NCBI GenBank assembly: GCA_038496445.1
Contig: JALMLS010000411.1
Location: forward strand, 1-64,000
DNA length: 64,000 nt
From: Trichosphaerium sp. ATCC 40318
Taxonomy: Eukaryota > Protista > Tubulinea
Direction of reading: 5' to 3'
This document shows, one piece after another, positions 52,750-64,000 of this stretch. The notes below the pieces were generated by a model that saw only the letters and a list, made by a program, of their open reading frames with translations, made no database searches and was not told the DNA's origin. Position 1 is the stretch's first letter; each line of letters starts with the position of its first letter. Made by a program: the position numbers and the translations under genes.

Positions 52750-54074
52750 TTAAAATACAGTTTGTACATGAACATGCACCTGAGGTACCAATCCAAGTGC
52801 CTCAAGCGATTGATCGCCTTTATCTACACCAAACACCTAAACTAAATTAACACTACTAATTTTAATTGGTGCTACCTTGCGAGGATAGTCTACTACCAAA
52901 CGGATGTTGTCCGGAACCTCAACTCCTTTAAGTTTCTGGCTCTTTATGTACCAAAAAACGGTTGACAGTGACTCCTCACGCCTAAATAAGCGCTTGCACC
53001 TTTCTCCATTTGGCATTCTTAAAAGGAGCAGCGTCACATTTTCTCGTGTCCTGACAAATGTAAATAAAAGTCATGTCTAACACTCAAAAACATACTCAGC
53101 TTCTGGAGCTTTTGGTAATTCTTCCTTCAACTTATAGCTTAACGTGATGTCCTGTAACACTTGCTTAAACCCGCTGACATGCGAGGTACGACTAACGACT
53201 ATGTGAGCATCGTGTATGTGACCGATGATTTTGAACTTACGCCATGTCAAATTCAGCTTGTTGGTCAGCCTCTAATGAGGCTTGAAATGCCTCGTTTTGG
53301 CTATGAATAAGTGCTCTCCTTTCTTCTCGCTGGTTTTCAAGTTCCTGGAGCATGTCAACCGCCTCCAGCTCAATCATCCTATTCCAATGTGAGTCACGTG
53401 TTATTAACGTCGTAATCAAAGTTTTTTTCTATTAAACTCATGCAATGGACGCGAATGTGTATGTACCTTTCAAACCGTTGCTCTTTTCGCTTGTTTTTTC
53501 GCAATTTTTTGGATTTTTTGCGGGAGTTGCTTGGCGGGTAACTATTAGCGTAAAAATCCGTTATGGCTTCATCTACGCTCTTTGATTGCCATTTAGCATG
53601 CCTACAAGCGCGTAAGAAACAAAAGCTGCAATTTCAGTGGAGATTTATTGTGAATCACTGTAATCAATAGCTTTCGCGATATAAACGCGTTGTAGCACGT
53701 TTGCGAGCGTTACGCCAAAAAGTGAAATTCTGAACGTTAGCAATGTTCTTACCTTCGGCTTTCGCTAGTTCCACGCACATCAGAGCTCCTACGACCAGGA
53801 ATATTTATGCCTGAGGTTTGTTAGCAAAAGTAGCGATATTTTATTACAAAAGATACCTCTCGCACTAAGAGACGTACTACGCGTATCAAATCTAACGAAA
53901 AAAATAAGTTTACAAAAAGAGCAGGAGACTTTGGTACTTTTTTGATGAAGGTAATGAGCTTTTTGCTCTTTTACGCCTCCTGCGTCTGTTGTTTCTTCTC
54001 TTACGCTGAGGAGAGTTTTGGGATTGAGCGTTAACGTCACATTCGACATTTTCATAGACTGCGCGACGGGCCAT
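52750..54074 (-). CDS. UBX-domain protein (FAF-like coiled coil + UBX)
   Basis: RRALIHSQNEAFQASLEADQ, then LLLRMPNGERCKRLF...DYPRK...SLEALGLVP. Confidence 0.8.
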
Positions 54075-54412
54075 GTTTTGGATGTTATTTTAGGGTTGTA
54101 GAGCTTCCGGAGGATGTTTAGGTAAGTGTTTGACAATAGACACTTATCGGGGTGTTTATAAATTTAATAAAACTTCTTTTGGCTTAACTTTGTATTTCGG
54201 CTCAACTTGTTTATCTTGTGTCTAAACTCAAGCGCAGCAACAAAAAAATAAGAGCTGTTTCTATGTGGGTGGTTACGTTATGCTATTCCCAAGTGCAACT
54301 AGGTATAACGAAAAGATATTTTAATGTGCCGATGACACTCTTTTAATTAGTGATGGTTGAATGAATACCATTGGTTTTTTTTTTTGTTGATTGTAGAATT
54401 CTACATCTCAGT

Positions 54413-55166
54413 TCAAGCGAGTGAGGTCAAGTATTGTACAATTTCGTCGTGGCCATTAGTACGAGCAATATCGATTGCAGTTGCATCATTGAGATGAGGC
54501 ATAGCAACATTGACATCAAGATCTACAAAAAAAAAATGTGAGCTCATTCCAACATGAAAACATGAAACAAAACAAAGTACCTTTTACGTTCTCTACGAGG
54601 TATTTTACAACTGGTAAGCTTCCTCCTAGGCATGCCCATTGTAGAGGGGTACCACCAAAGCCAATAACTTGTTTGGTTACAGCACAAGGATGGTACATGC
54701 CGAGTTCACTGTTGAAGCTAATTGTGGCTGTGTATGGCTCGTGGAAGTTACCTAAAACGTTGTGAGGAGTCGTCAGTTGCAAGGATGTACTCACCATAGA
54801 ATATCCAGTCGTTGAAAACATGAGGTTTGTTTGGATCAGTGTAAGACTCACTGTCTTTATCGAGGAGTGCAGCGCGGTTTTTAGACACTTCGTCTACCAA
54901 CCCTAGGTTGCCGTTAGTCGTTTTTGGTAAAATATATATAGAAACGTCGTTAAATTAGTGTCAACGGGTAGTTATTGCGTAGGCGCACCCTTGAAGCAGT
55001 TTTTTGCGATTTTCCTTGGTGCTGTTAGTTTTATAACTGAAAGTTGTTGGTTTAGTACCCTGGCTCGTTAACAGAAGGAGCAGGTGTGGTATCAATCCAT
55101 GTAGGCTGGTTTTAATTTAGTATTGCAAATCGACTTTAGTGAAAAGCTTACTTGAACAGCTGTCAT
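54413..55166 (-). CDS. Small ankyrin-repeat protein
   Basis: GGTPLQWACLGGSLPVVKYLVE and TAIDIARTNGHDEIVQYL; 5' exons approximate. Confidence 0.7.
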
Positions 55167-55289
55167 TTGATTACTGTTTCAGTTAGTTTGTGAAATCACG
55201 TTTCTAAGACTCAAATAGACTTTTTTCACGAAAGCCACATTTGATTTTGGTCGCATTTGTTCAAAAGCCGTGTTGTACCGAAATTAACC

Positions 55290-58200
55290 ATGGCAGCCAC
55301 CGAAGAGAACCAACGCGAGGCAGGTGATAAGTTTTACGCCACCCCGGAAGAAGACGTCGATAGTGTCATTGACGGCGACGAAAGGGAGGAACTTAATAGA
55401 TATAAAGAATACAACAAGCAAGTAGCCAACTTGGAGGCATTGGCAACAGGAAAATGTAAATTTCTAAAGCAATACTTGACCAATGGCCCATGGTATACTA
55501 ACACGCCTGAACTTTCAATAAAAAAGGGTTTGGAGCCATTAAGTAAAGAAGCGATACAAGCAAAACGTAAAGAGGCAAGGATTGCATCAAGAAAACTTAC
55601 AGAGCAATTTGAAGGTACATACACATACAAAAGCCAAATTACTGTTGATTTCCCAATTTTTATATTTTTTTGTTTTATTTCCTACAACGTATACTTTACG
55701 CGTATGAGAATACAGTACAATAGTTTTAAATCTACAAAAAATATTCCGAAAAAAAAAACTAACCGAAAAAAATCTGTTTATTGACAAAATATGTTCATAG
55801 CTCGTTTCAGTCAAAACAAGGCGGAAAAATGGATGCGTGATATGATAAAGATGGGTACATTCGGAAATAGAATGAGCGTTTCAGCGCTCTTGGTGCTTGG
55901 TGCACCACTTTTCAGATTAAAGGTAAGCACGTGATTCAATTCAGTCGAAAACTATTTCTACTCAAGAGTCTTTTTTTTTTTTTTTTTTTTTTGGAAAGCA
56001 TGAAGCTCACTTAGAATTAGAGGTTGGATAAGATTGAACAATTTTGTAAAAAGAAGAGAAGGGAGACTGTCCAAGCAACAAAAGTATTAAAAGATTTGTT
56101 CATGCAATTGCTACCTAAGAGCAGAAAATTAACGTGCGTGTTCACTTGTTTTTTTTTTTGAAATATTATTTTCTTCTTCGGTGTACTGTTCCTTTTCTGA
56201 TGGGTATAGGTGGTTTCAAAAACAACCTTTGGAGCAACCAGATGTTGGTGTATCCCATCTTATATATTGGCAGTTTGAGCATGAATTGAAAGAGCGTTAT
56301 GAAAAGTTTATTAGATACTTACGTGTACGTTGATTACAAAAAAAAAAAGTAAAAAATTTGAGACAGCGCAGAATCGAACTGCGATCCCAGCACTGGAAAT
56401 GCCGCATGCTAACCTTTACACCACTATCCCTTCTATACATAAGTGCATAATATTGCAGTTGACGCCGCTCGCCTGAAGCGCAAATGCAGCACGTATGGAA
56501 GGAAGCGATGTGGGTTTTTTGACAACTTTTTTTTTTTCCTTATGGTCGTTGTAACTTTGTGAAAAGGGTCGGGCTTTCGATGAGATGATGGATTTTCGTA
56601 TTTCTACATTATCTGTAGTCTATCAATTACTTTCAAACAGACAAGAACAAGAGATGCAACTCTTAGGCATTCTTGTTACAAAACTGGTACGAAATACGTT
56701 TTTAGGTCTTCGTGACGGTTACCTTCCTTTCTTCATTTCTTTTGCCAGAGGCACTCATTGTATATTTAGTCTGACGGAAACAAATCTGTCAGTAGTATAT
56801 CAGATAAACTATTAACTCGGTTACTAACAAAACACACAAACATGAAATTGAGCGTGATAAAGGTACGTAAATTACCACTAAGCACCTTTGCTTGGTTTCT
56901 ACCTTAACCTTATTTGTAACGCTATATCTCAGGCAATTGCAAGTCATTTGGCAAGTCTCACAAAGACAGCGCAACCACTACAAAGGTAAGATAACCGTAC
57001 TACAACTAGGACTACTCGAGAAATTGTTGAATTCTGTCCTCTAAAAAAACGATGATATTCACTTTATTTGACTAACTTACCATGTAGATACTACGCATTA
57101 ACTTTCTTAAATAATGTCATACTTGCGAGTGGTGAAGTTGATGTAGCTAGAACACTTATTGAAGTCTACCTAAAAACATTTAATGACATGCAAACCATCT
57201 ACAAAGGAAAAGCTGAAAAGAAAATGTTGGACCCAATCATTACTGGAATTAAAAGAGCTGAACCATATGCCAGGCTAACAGAAGCGTAAGATCAATAATT
57301 TTTAATGTATCCCTTCTAACCATACGCTTAGTGGTAAATACGATGATTATATCAGTGTTTTGTTCAGACTTGCTCATTCTGTTGATCTAAGACATGGTAT
57401 TATGGTTCTTCATGTTCTATACGATGTTGCCATTAAAGATAGCGTAAGTTTTTTTTCTTTATAAAGAAGCCAAGGTGTTGAGCTAACATTTATTCAAAAA
57501 ATAGAGCATCAAAGGACGCTACTTTTCTGCTTTGTATTCAAGAATGTTATCTCCTGAAGTGTGGACAAATGATAACTTATCAACATACTTGAATGTTATG
57601 TACAAGGTATAACACAAAACCTTTTTTTTTTGGATCATGTGATTCGTCAACTTATTTTTTTGGTAGTCGCTTAAACACGATACCTCACTTATTCGTGTTG
57701 TGGCTTGCATGAGAAGATTGTTACAGACTTGTTACTACCAAAAGCCTAATACTCTGTTGGCCGTATTACTTTTGATATCCAAGGTATTGTGTTGAAACCC
57801 TTCTAAACAAAAAAAAATTGCGCATTTTGGCTGACTTGTTCTGTGTTAGTTGCTTAAGCAAAGGCGTGATTTGAAGGATTACTTAATCAGACACAACGTA
57901 TTTTTTACAGCACGCTTCACAAAACCAAGACAAAACTTGGTCGGTGATGATAAGAAGGAGGAAGAAGAAAAAGAAGCTCCTTCAAAGAACGAACAAGAGG
58001 AAGAACAAGAAATGGACTCTGATATCGAAGTATGCTCTATACCTATACGTTTAGTATCTCAAACTATGAATTAGGAAGGTTCAATGTCAAGTGATGACGA
58101 AGACGACGATAGGCAAGATAACAAGCGCAAACGAGAAGGTACACCTCAGGATGTGCGTAAGGCGTGCTAATCGTGAGATTTGTAGAGCGACCTAGAGTTG

Positions 58201-59496
58201 CAAAGGAGAAGTTGTCCGATTTGTCTTATGATCCTATGGAGCGTAATCCTCTGTATTCTAATCCAGTATCTCGTATCTACGAACTGGTTCGTTTAAATTT
58301 GGTTTTGTCGTGTAGTTGATTGTTGCTTACGTGCAAAAAAATTAGGATGCTCTGGCAAACCACTTTCACCCAAAGGTTGCAGAATGGGCTAATACATTGC
58401 TTGCTGGTAAATCTATATACTTTAGAGCAAACCCAATGGATGAATTCGCAATGGACGAGTACACAAAGCGATTTTTGTACGTGTAGATACTTTATCAGCT
58501 ACTTGTTTTGTATTCTTTTAAAATATTTATTGTTTGCGCGCACTAGGTACAAAAAACCTGATAAAAAGGATCAAGATGAAGGAATGAGCAGGATTAAGCA
58601 AGTATTTGAACGTCAAAAGAACGTTCAAACAAAGACGAAAGTCAACACAAAAAAATTCTTGCAAAGAAAAGCCGCTTCACAAGAGGTACCCCATAGCAAG
58701 ATACTCAACATATAACTAAGTTTGGATTTTCCTTAGAAATTCTTCCAACAGTTTTTTGAAACAAAACGTGCACTTGTGCGTATGCAAAAGAGGACTGCAA
58801 AGGAAAAAACAGTTCTTGTTGATGAAGATATCGAAACAGAGATTGAAAATGTCAACAGTGACAGCGAAGTAAGTGACTTTTTCTTTTTTTTTTCCTTTTT
58901 TTTTTTTTCAATCTCCTTCAAAAAAAAGTTTGCAATTACCCCAATGAGTCCACACGCGCTAATATTGACATATAGGATATCGATAGATTCCTTGACGAAG
59001 AAATGGCACGTAAATTTGGAGATGACATTCCAGATGACTTTTCAAGTGATGAAGAGATGGAAGATGCTCTAATGGATGACGGTGATGATGATGATGGAGA
59101 TGTTGACATGACTGATGGAAATAGTCCATTTGTTTATGATACATTACCTAAATTCGATGAAAACGCTTTGGAATTCAAAGATGCTGGTGAAGTTGATGAC
59201 TTGTTCCAGTTCTACAATGCTGATGAAGACTTCCAAAGTACGCTTTGTTTTTTATCACGTGATAAATCACAAAAAAAAAATTTGAAGAAAAGTATCTCTC
59301 AATGACGTTTACTAAATTGTTCTTTGTTTTAGATGAGTCTGATGAGGAGAATCCATTGACAAAGAGAATGACTAACAAGGATGATGAGGACCAAGGCTTG
59401 TATATGGCAGGAGATGATCTAATGGCACTGTTGGAAGAAAACGATGATCAAATGAGCACATACCAACCAAAGAAAAAAAAGCAAAGACGCCGATAA
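55290..59496 (+). CDS. CEBPZ: CBF/Mak21/NOC1 60S biogenesis factor
   Basis: GTFGNRMS, EQEMQLLGILVTKL, YYALTFLN, ITGIKRAEPY, LFRLAH, YDPMERNPLYS, HFHPKV, acidic tail ending in KKKKQRRR. Confidence 0.88.
56359..56430 (-). tRNA. tRNA-Gly(TCC), antisense within a NOC1 intron
   Basis: GGGATAG TG GTGT AAAGGTTA GCAT G CGGCA TT-TCC-AG TGCTG GGAT CGCAG TTCGATT CTGCG CTGTCTC A, followed by T runs. Confidence 0.85.
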
Positions 59497-59602
59497 GACA
59501 GTAAAATAAAAAAAAAACTCATGCTCTCACCGTAAAAAAAATAAAAAATCTTGTACACTTCAATTGTACTTTTTGGTGTTCAGTATTGGAAGCTGTGGAT
59601 GC

Positions 59603-61519
59603 TCATGAACCTATACTGTTGCTCCAAGGGTCCGTGGGAAAATACACATCGGATACGTTTCTTGATTGCTGATAAAGAGCACCAACTTGCGTTTGAATTG
59701 TCCCTACGAAATTGAAAGCACAACTGTAAATGTCAAGTTTAATGAACAACAATTAACCAATCAATCACTCGAATTTATTGTGTAAAATCTGTAGAATCCA
59801 TAGAGAAGCTAAAACTTCCACTCCACCTATTATATACAGCACTAAAAGATGATTGTCTTCCACTTTCAGATGATACCTCTAAAACATAGCTTTTTTCAAC
59901 TAATCACGTGGTTTAGTTATAAAACACGTGTCAAAAGAAAACGTACTAGCGTATTTTTTACAGAGAGAACGTAGCTGTTTAGCGTCAATTGTGACTGCTA
60001 CATCGTATACTTCCTGGGCATTACTTCTATCCAGGATTTTAAAAAGATAATCAGAACAAAGCTGTTTAAGCCTTGGAAGATCAAGTGTATGAGCCTCGAC
60101 CATAATGTCGAGAACAATATCATAATCCCAATCATATGGGTCTATGGTACCGCTATAAATAAAGAATACTACAGCATGTACAACCTAGACAAAGTGTGTA
60201 ACTAAAAGATTTTGTTTGTAGTTTGTATGGTACTCAAAAGAAAAAGACTATGCTCACTTTGTACACTGATTTAAGAGTTATTGTTTTCGCAGAACTCTCA
60301 CGCCATCTAGCATGTCCATCTCCAAACATTGCTCTAAAGAAAGGACACCTTGAAGCGAGTATAATCTAAACAAAAATCAGGCGTTTTGTGGGACATGACC
60401 TCTTTTCATTCAAAAAAGCAGAAGAAGGTACTTTATGAGCAAAGATTTTGTTGTTTTCTACTGTTATAGTACAATCTGAGAACCTCTCTATATTAAATGC
60501 TAATTTATAGTCTGTACACAATCTAGTAGGCTTTAGCCTTACTTTCTGTATACCTTCTGTAATGAAAAAAAACCGAGTTAGACATATGTCGTTTTCTTCA
60601 TGTGATATATACTTACCTTCTTTATGTAGTGGTAATTTCTTTTGTAGATAATCTATTTTAAACCTATTTGCAAGTTTAAGTAATTCTTCTGATTCCTAAA
60701 ACCTTCTTAGAAGTCATAAAAAAATTGATGAATATTTTGCTTTGCTCAAAAAAAAAAAAACCAAACAAATTACCTCAAGCGTTGATGTGTTCTTTAGAGT
60801 ACACTGACCGCTATAAATCAGTTTTAAAAGTTTTGTAAACATTCTAGAATTCACATTATCTATTGGGACAACTGTCATATTACTCTAAAGGATGAACATT
60901 ATGACTTTTCGATAAATGAAATTAGGTGCATGTGGAATTTAAAGATGACTCACAAGCATCGATATCAAATATAGCGCGTGCACGTGCCTTTGAATTTGAT
61001 AAAGAACGCGCTTTTGTGGCCATTTCTAAGAGTCCCTTTGCTCTACAGAATAATACTACATTGTGGGCGTGTAGGACGCCGTCAGGAACTATTTTTTAAA
61101 AGTAAGCTATTACTTCTCTACAGTGTTTTTTCAAGGTTTCTTAAACCGTGTTTTTGTAATAACAACGCATGGGCTGTTGTATTTAGTGCTGTAGTTAGAC
61201 ATTAACGTACGTTTAAGTAAAATATCTGCAAACGCTTTATTATTGGTGGCATACGCCATAGCATTCATTCTAGGTTCTGATATACGTATTTGAAAGACTT
61301 TTTTAAATACCAGTACAACGTCAAGCCATCCTGAGCATGTACACAATCGATATCCCTAAAATAGGTTATTATAGTCAGTATCGTATTAAATACCTTAGAT
61401 TCCAAGTCATTAGAGCACTCAGCAAGCGTTCCCTTGTAAATGGACTGTGTAGATTTCGTTTCGAGCAGAATACACTCGTGGTCTACTTTAGTGAGCGTCA
61501 CACTGTCTATGAAAGCCAT
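59603..61519 (-). CDS. Tandem BTB/POZ-domain protein
   Basis: FSDCTITVENNKIFAHKIILASRCPFFRAMFG, FIYSGT, LDLPRLKQLC; an earlier BTB-like region with GHKSAF and LIYSG. Confidence 0.8.
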
Positions 61520-61648
61520 TGCGTATTGTTGTCTGGTCTTAACGGTTTGTTAAGGCGGATTTGATTGCAGTTGTATTTATTAGCACTACAACGCCGCATG
61601 TACATTACCCTAGTTCTATATAATCAAAAAGGGGTTTAAATTGTTACT

Positions 61649-63810
61649 ATGTTGCTTAAATACACCAAGTATTGTAGAGTTAGCTGTAGGGTAGGTATTA
61701 GTAACCAAACAGCATTGTTACATAGTTTTGTACTAATTACTGTTAAATAGCGTACGCCATCAAATCATGCTCAAAGAGTACCGTACCGTGGTTTCAATAC
61801 CAAACCACGCAAACAGCGTGTTTATGGAAGCCCAAAACCAAAATTCACCCTAACCCCCGATGGCGCTAAAAGGTGGTACGGAGTACACTAGTAGTAACGT
61901 AACAGCGTAATAACGAAGCGTTTAAAAGGTATTACAACAAAAAAGGTAAAGAGCAAGATACTGATAAACTGGTTGGATGTTTCATATGGGCTCTTAGACA
62001 AGCTCATTGTTGGTCATTTGCTAAAGATGAGTATGTTCATTTGAAGTCTCATAAAGATTTTGAACCGCACATGTACCTATTCTGTTCAATGATAAAAGTG
62101 GCTCCATCTTTTGATGCTGTAAGAGAGATTATTGGAGAGATAGCAGCTTGTAACGTAAAACTTAACTCTTACGCACTCTTCGAGATGGTAAAGATTTGTA
62201 AAAAACATGATGATTTTGATGGGTACGGCACGGATCATCATGATATTTTACACGACCAATTTACTATTTTTTTAAACAAACGATACTATGCTAATCTCAA
62301 GGGCGATGTGTCGTTTGTTTATTCTTTACCAACACGCCAGAAAATCCAACCAAAACCTTCATTGTTTTTTTTTTTTCTTGTTGAAAAAGAAGTTTCTCTT
62401 TTTTTTCGGACCACCTTCACTTTTTAAACTGAATTGCATATGTATAAGTACCTATAAATGTGGTCTACCTCGTCATATTTATAATGTAACTGTATCGGTC
62501 GTTTGGACGGACCCTCATTCAATTTTTTTTTTCTCTTTTTGTTGAGTTTAGTGTTGACATGGTTGTAGGGTAATGGAAGTTAGAGACCTCATTAAAAAAC
62601 ACGACTTCAAGCCTGTGACAGTTGTTTGGATACCAATGATAGAATTGGTTTGTAAGTATGACAAAAAAATTGCTAAGGAGCTTTTGGACGAGCTAGAACC
62701 GTCAGTTGTTAGCGCACACCGTAGATTGGACAATGTATTAGAATAAAAAGCAGTGTGACAGGCCAACTTTGTAAAAAAAAGCGGTTAATTGACTTTTTAC
62801 TTTTGTTCTTTTTTTTGTTCCAAAGAGCGTTGTACCCCGGTATGGACCTTGATAAATCTAAACAAGGTCTTTTTACAGTTGTTAAATCTAATCTACCTGA
62901 TTTCGAAGAGTATTCTGAAATAAAGGTCGAGGATGTCATAAGCAATAAGGTATACCGCGAACGTTAACACGTGTACGTTATTTTTATTTTTTTGTTTACA
63001 ATTGTAGGTTTTTGCTATTCATGGCGTTCTTTCTAAACAGGTATGTCACGTGGTTGTTGTGAGGCTATTTCTAAATTACCTTAGGAATGTAAAGTGCTTA
63101 TTAAAGGCGGAGAAGAAATAGGATTCGATTCTAAAGCGTCTCAAAGCTTGTACGCTTTTTACGCTGTTTTCTACTGTTTGACATTTTTTTCTTATCACGT
63201 TGAGGTAGATATGGTTTTAGGCAAGTGTATTGGGACGATGACATGGCATCCTGGCTCTTCAATAAATTTGAAAAACACATACCGTCCAATATCAAGAAAG
63301 GCTGGAAGGCTAGTGGCCTAGCAACTCGCCTAACAATGAACAAGTCAGTTTTTTGTATTCTTACAAAATAGGCAAGTGATTTAACGGTTCACTTAGATAC
63401 CAGAGTGGTCATAGATACGAGGCACACATGGACGAGCAGTTCTTCGAGAATTTTAAAAAAAGAAGTGTGTTCAAGGCCCTAATCTATTTGAACGATCCTA
63501 TCGGGGACTATCAAGGTTAGGAGAACATCCAACAACAATTTTTTTTTTGTTAATTGTTTTCTATCAGGAGGAAACTTGAACTTTGTCCATAATTCTACTG
63601 GTAAAATTATAAACTCCATTATACCTAGCGCTGGCACGGTTGTTCTTATATTACAAGGTAACAAATTATTATATCTTTTCTTCGTACGCCGTGTGTAATT
63701 GGTGGATCTTTTTAGGTGATCCCGAAGTAGTCTATGAAGAAGCAGTCGTCACTTCAGGGATAAGAGGAAAATATGTTTTGAATTGCGATGTAATGTACCA
63801 AAAAGGTTAA
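61649..63810 (+). CDS. PPR-like repeat + prolyl-hydroxylase-like 2OG-Fe(II) domain fusion, probable mitochondrial presequence
   Basis: Basic N-terminus; repeats EPHMYLFCSMIK, KLNSYALFEMVKIC, KPVTVVWIPMIELVC; then HGVLSKQEC, KYQSGHRYEAHMD, LIYLND, GGNLNF, GKYVLNCDVMY. Confidence 0.7.
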
Positions 63811-64000
63811 GGTGGTTTCTCATAACTTAGCACATCCTACAAAATAACATATCCAATCCAATTTTCCTCCTTTTTTCTTAGTCAATAAACAGAATATCAA
63901 ATCAACATCAAAGATGTCTCTAAGCTCCATTGTTATAGTTTTATACAATTTTTAGGTTTATTGGTAATTTTAGAAATAAATCACGTGTCTTTCAAGATGC

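Overview
A gene-dense, AT-rich eukaryotic (protist-like) nuclear window using the standard genetic code. It holds about 29 intron-rich protein genes; most introns are ~35-60 nt with GTACGT/GTATGT-type donors, and intergenic gaps are often under 200 bp. All gene models were spliced by eye, so internal exon boundaries and some starts are approximate. Recognisable genes: ALDH3, a 3-RRM protein, aquaporin, NCL-type Na/Ca exchanger, F-box/LRR, EMG1, QCR9, DNPEP, NOC2, cyclin Y, EF-hand type-II NADH dehydrogenase, OXLD1, FKBP-TPR, DHHC, RPB5, a 2OG oxygenase, calcineurin B, UBX, ankyrin, NOC1/CEBPZ and a BTB protein. RNA genes: three identical tRNA-Glu(CTC), two of them inside a ~390-bp direct repeat; an antisense intronic tRNA-Gly(TCC); and three candidate C/D snoRNAs in NOC2 introns. 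The most unusual items only appear after splicing: (1) a protein of four ~70-aa Trp/Tyr-rich helical repeats fused to a Vsr/RAP-like PD-(D/E)XK nuclease domain; (2) a Dbp5/DDX19-like helicase carrying its own FG-nucleoporin domain and a PAM2 motif; (3) a eukaryotic relative of archaeal tetraether lipid synthase that lacks the radical-SAM motif; (4) a PPR-like + degenerate 2OG-dioxygenase fusion; (5) a Tse2-like ADP-ribosyltransferase; (6) a SIM + F-box protein; (7) a mosaic pseudo-protease/VWD/EGF secreted protein. Across the window CACGTG is strongly enriched in non-coding DNA and GC-AG introns are frequent.
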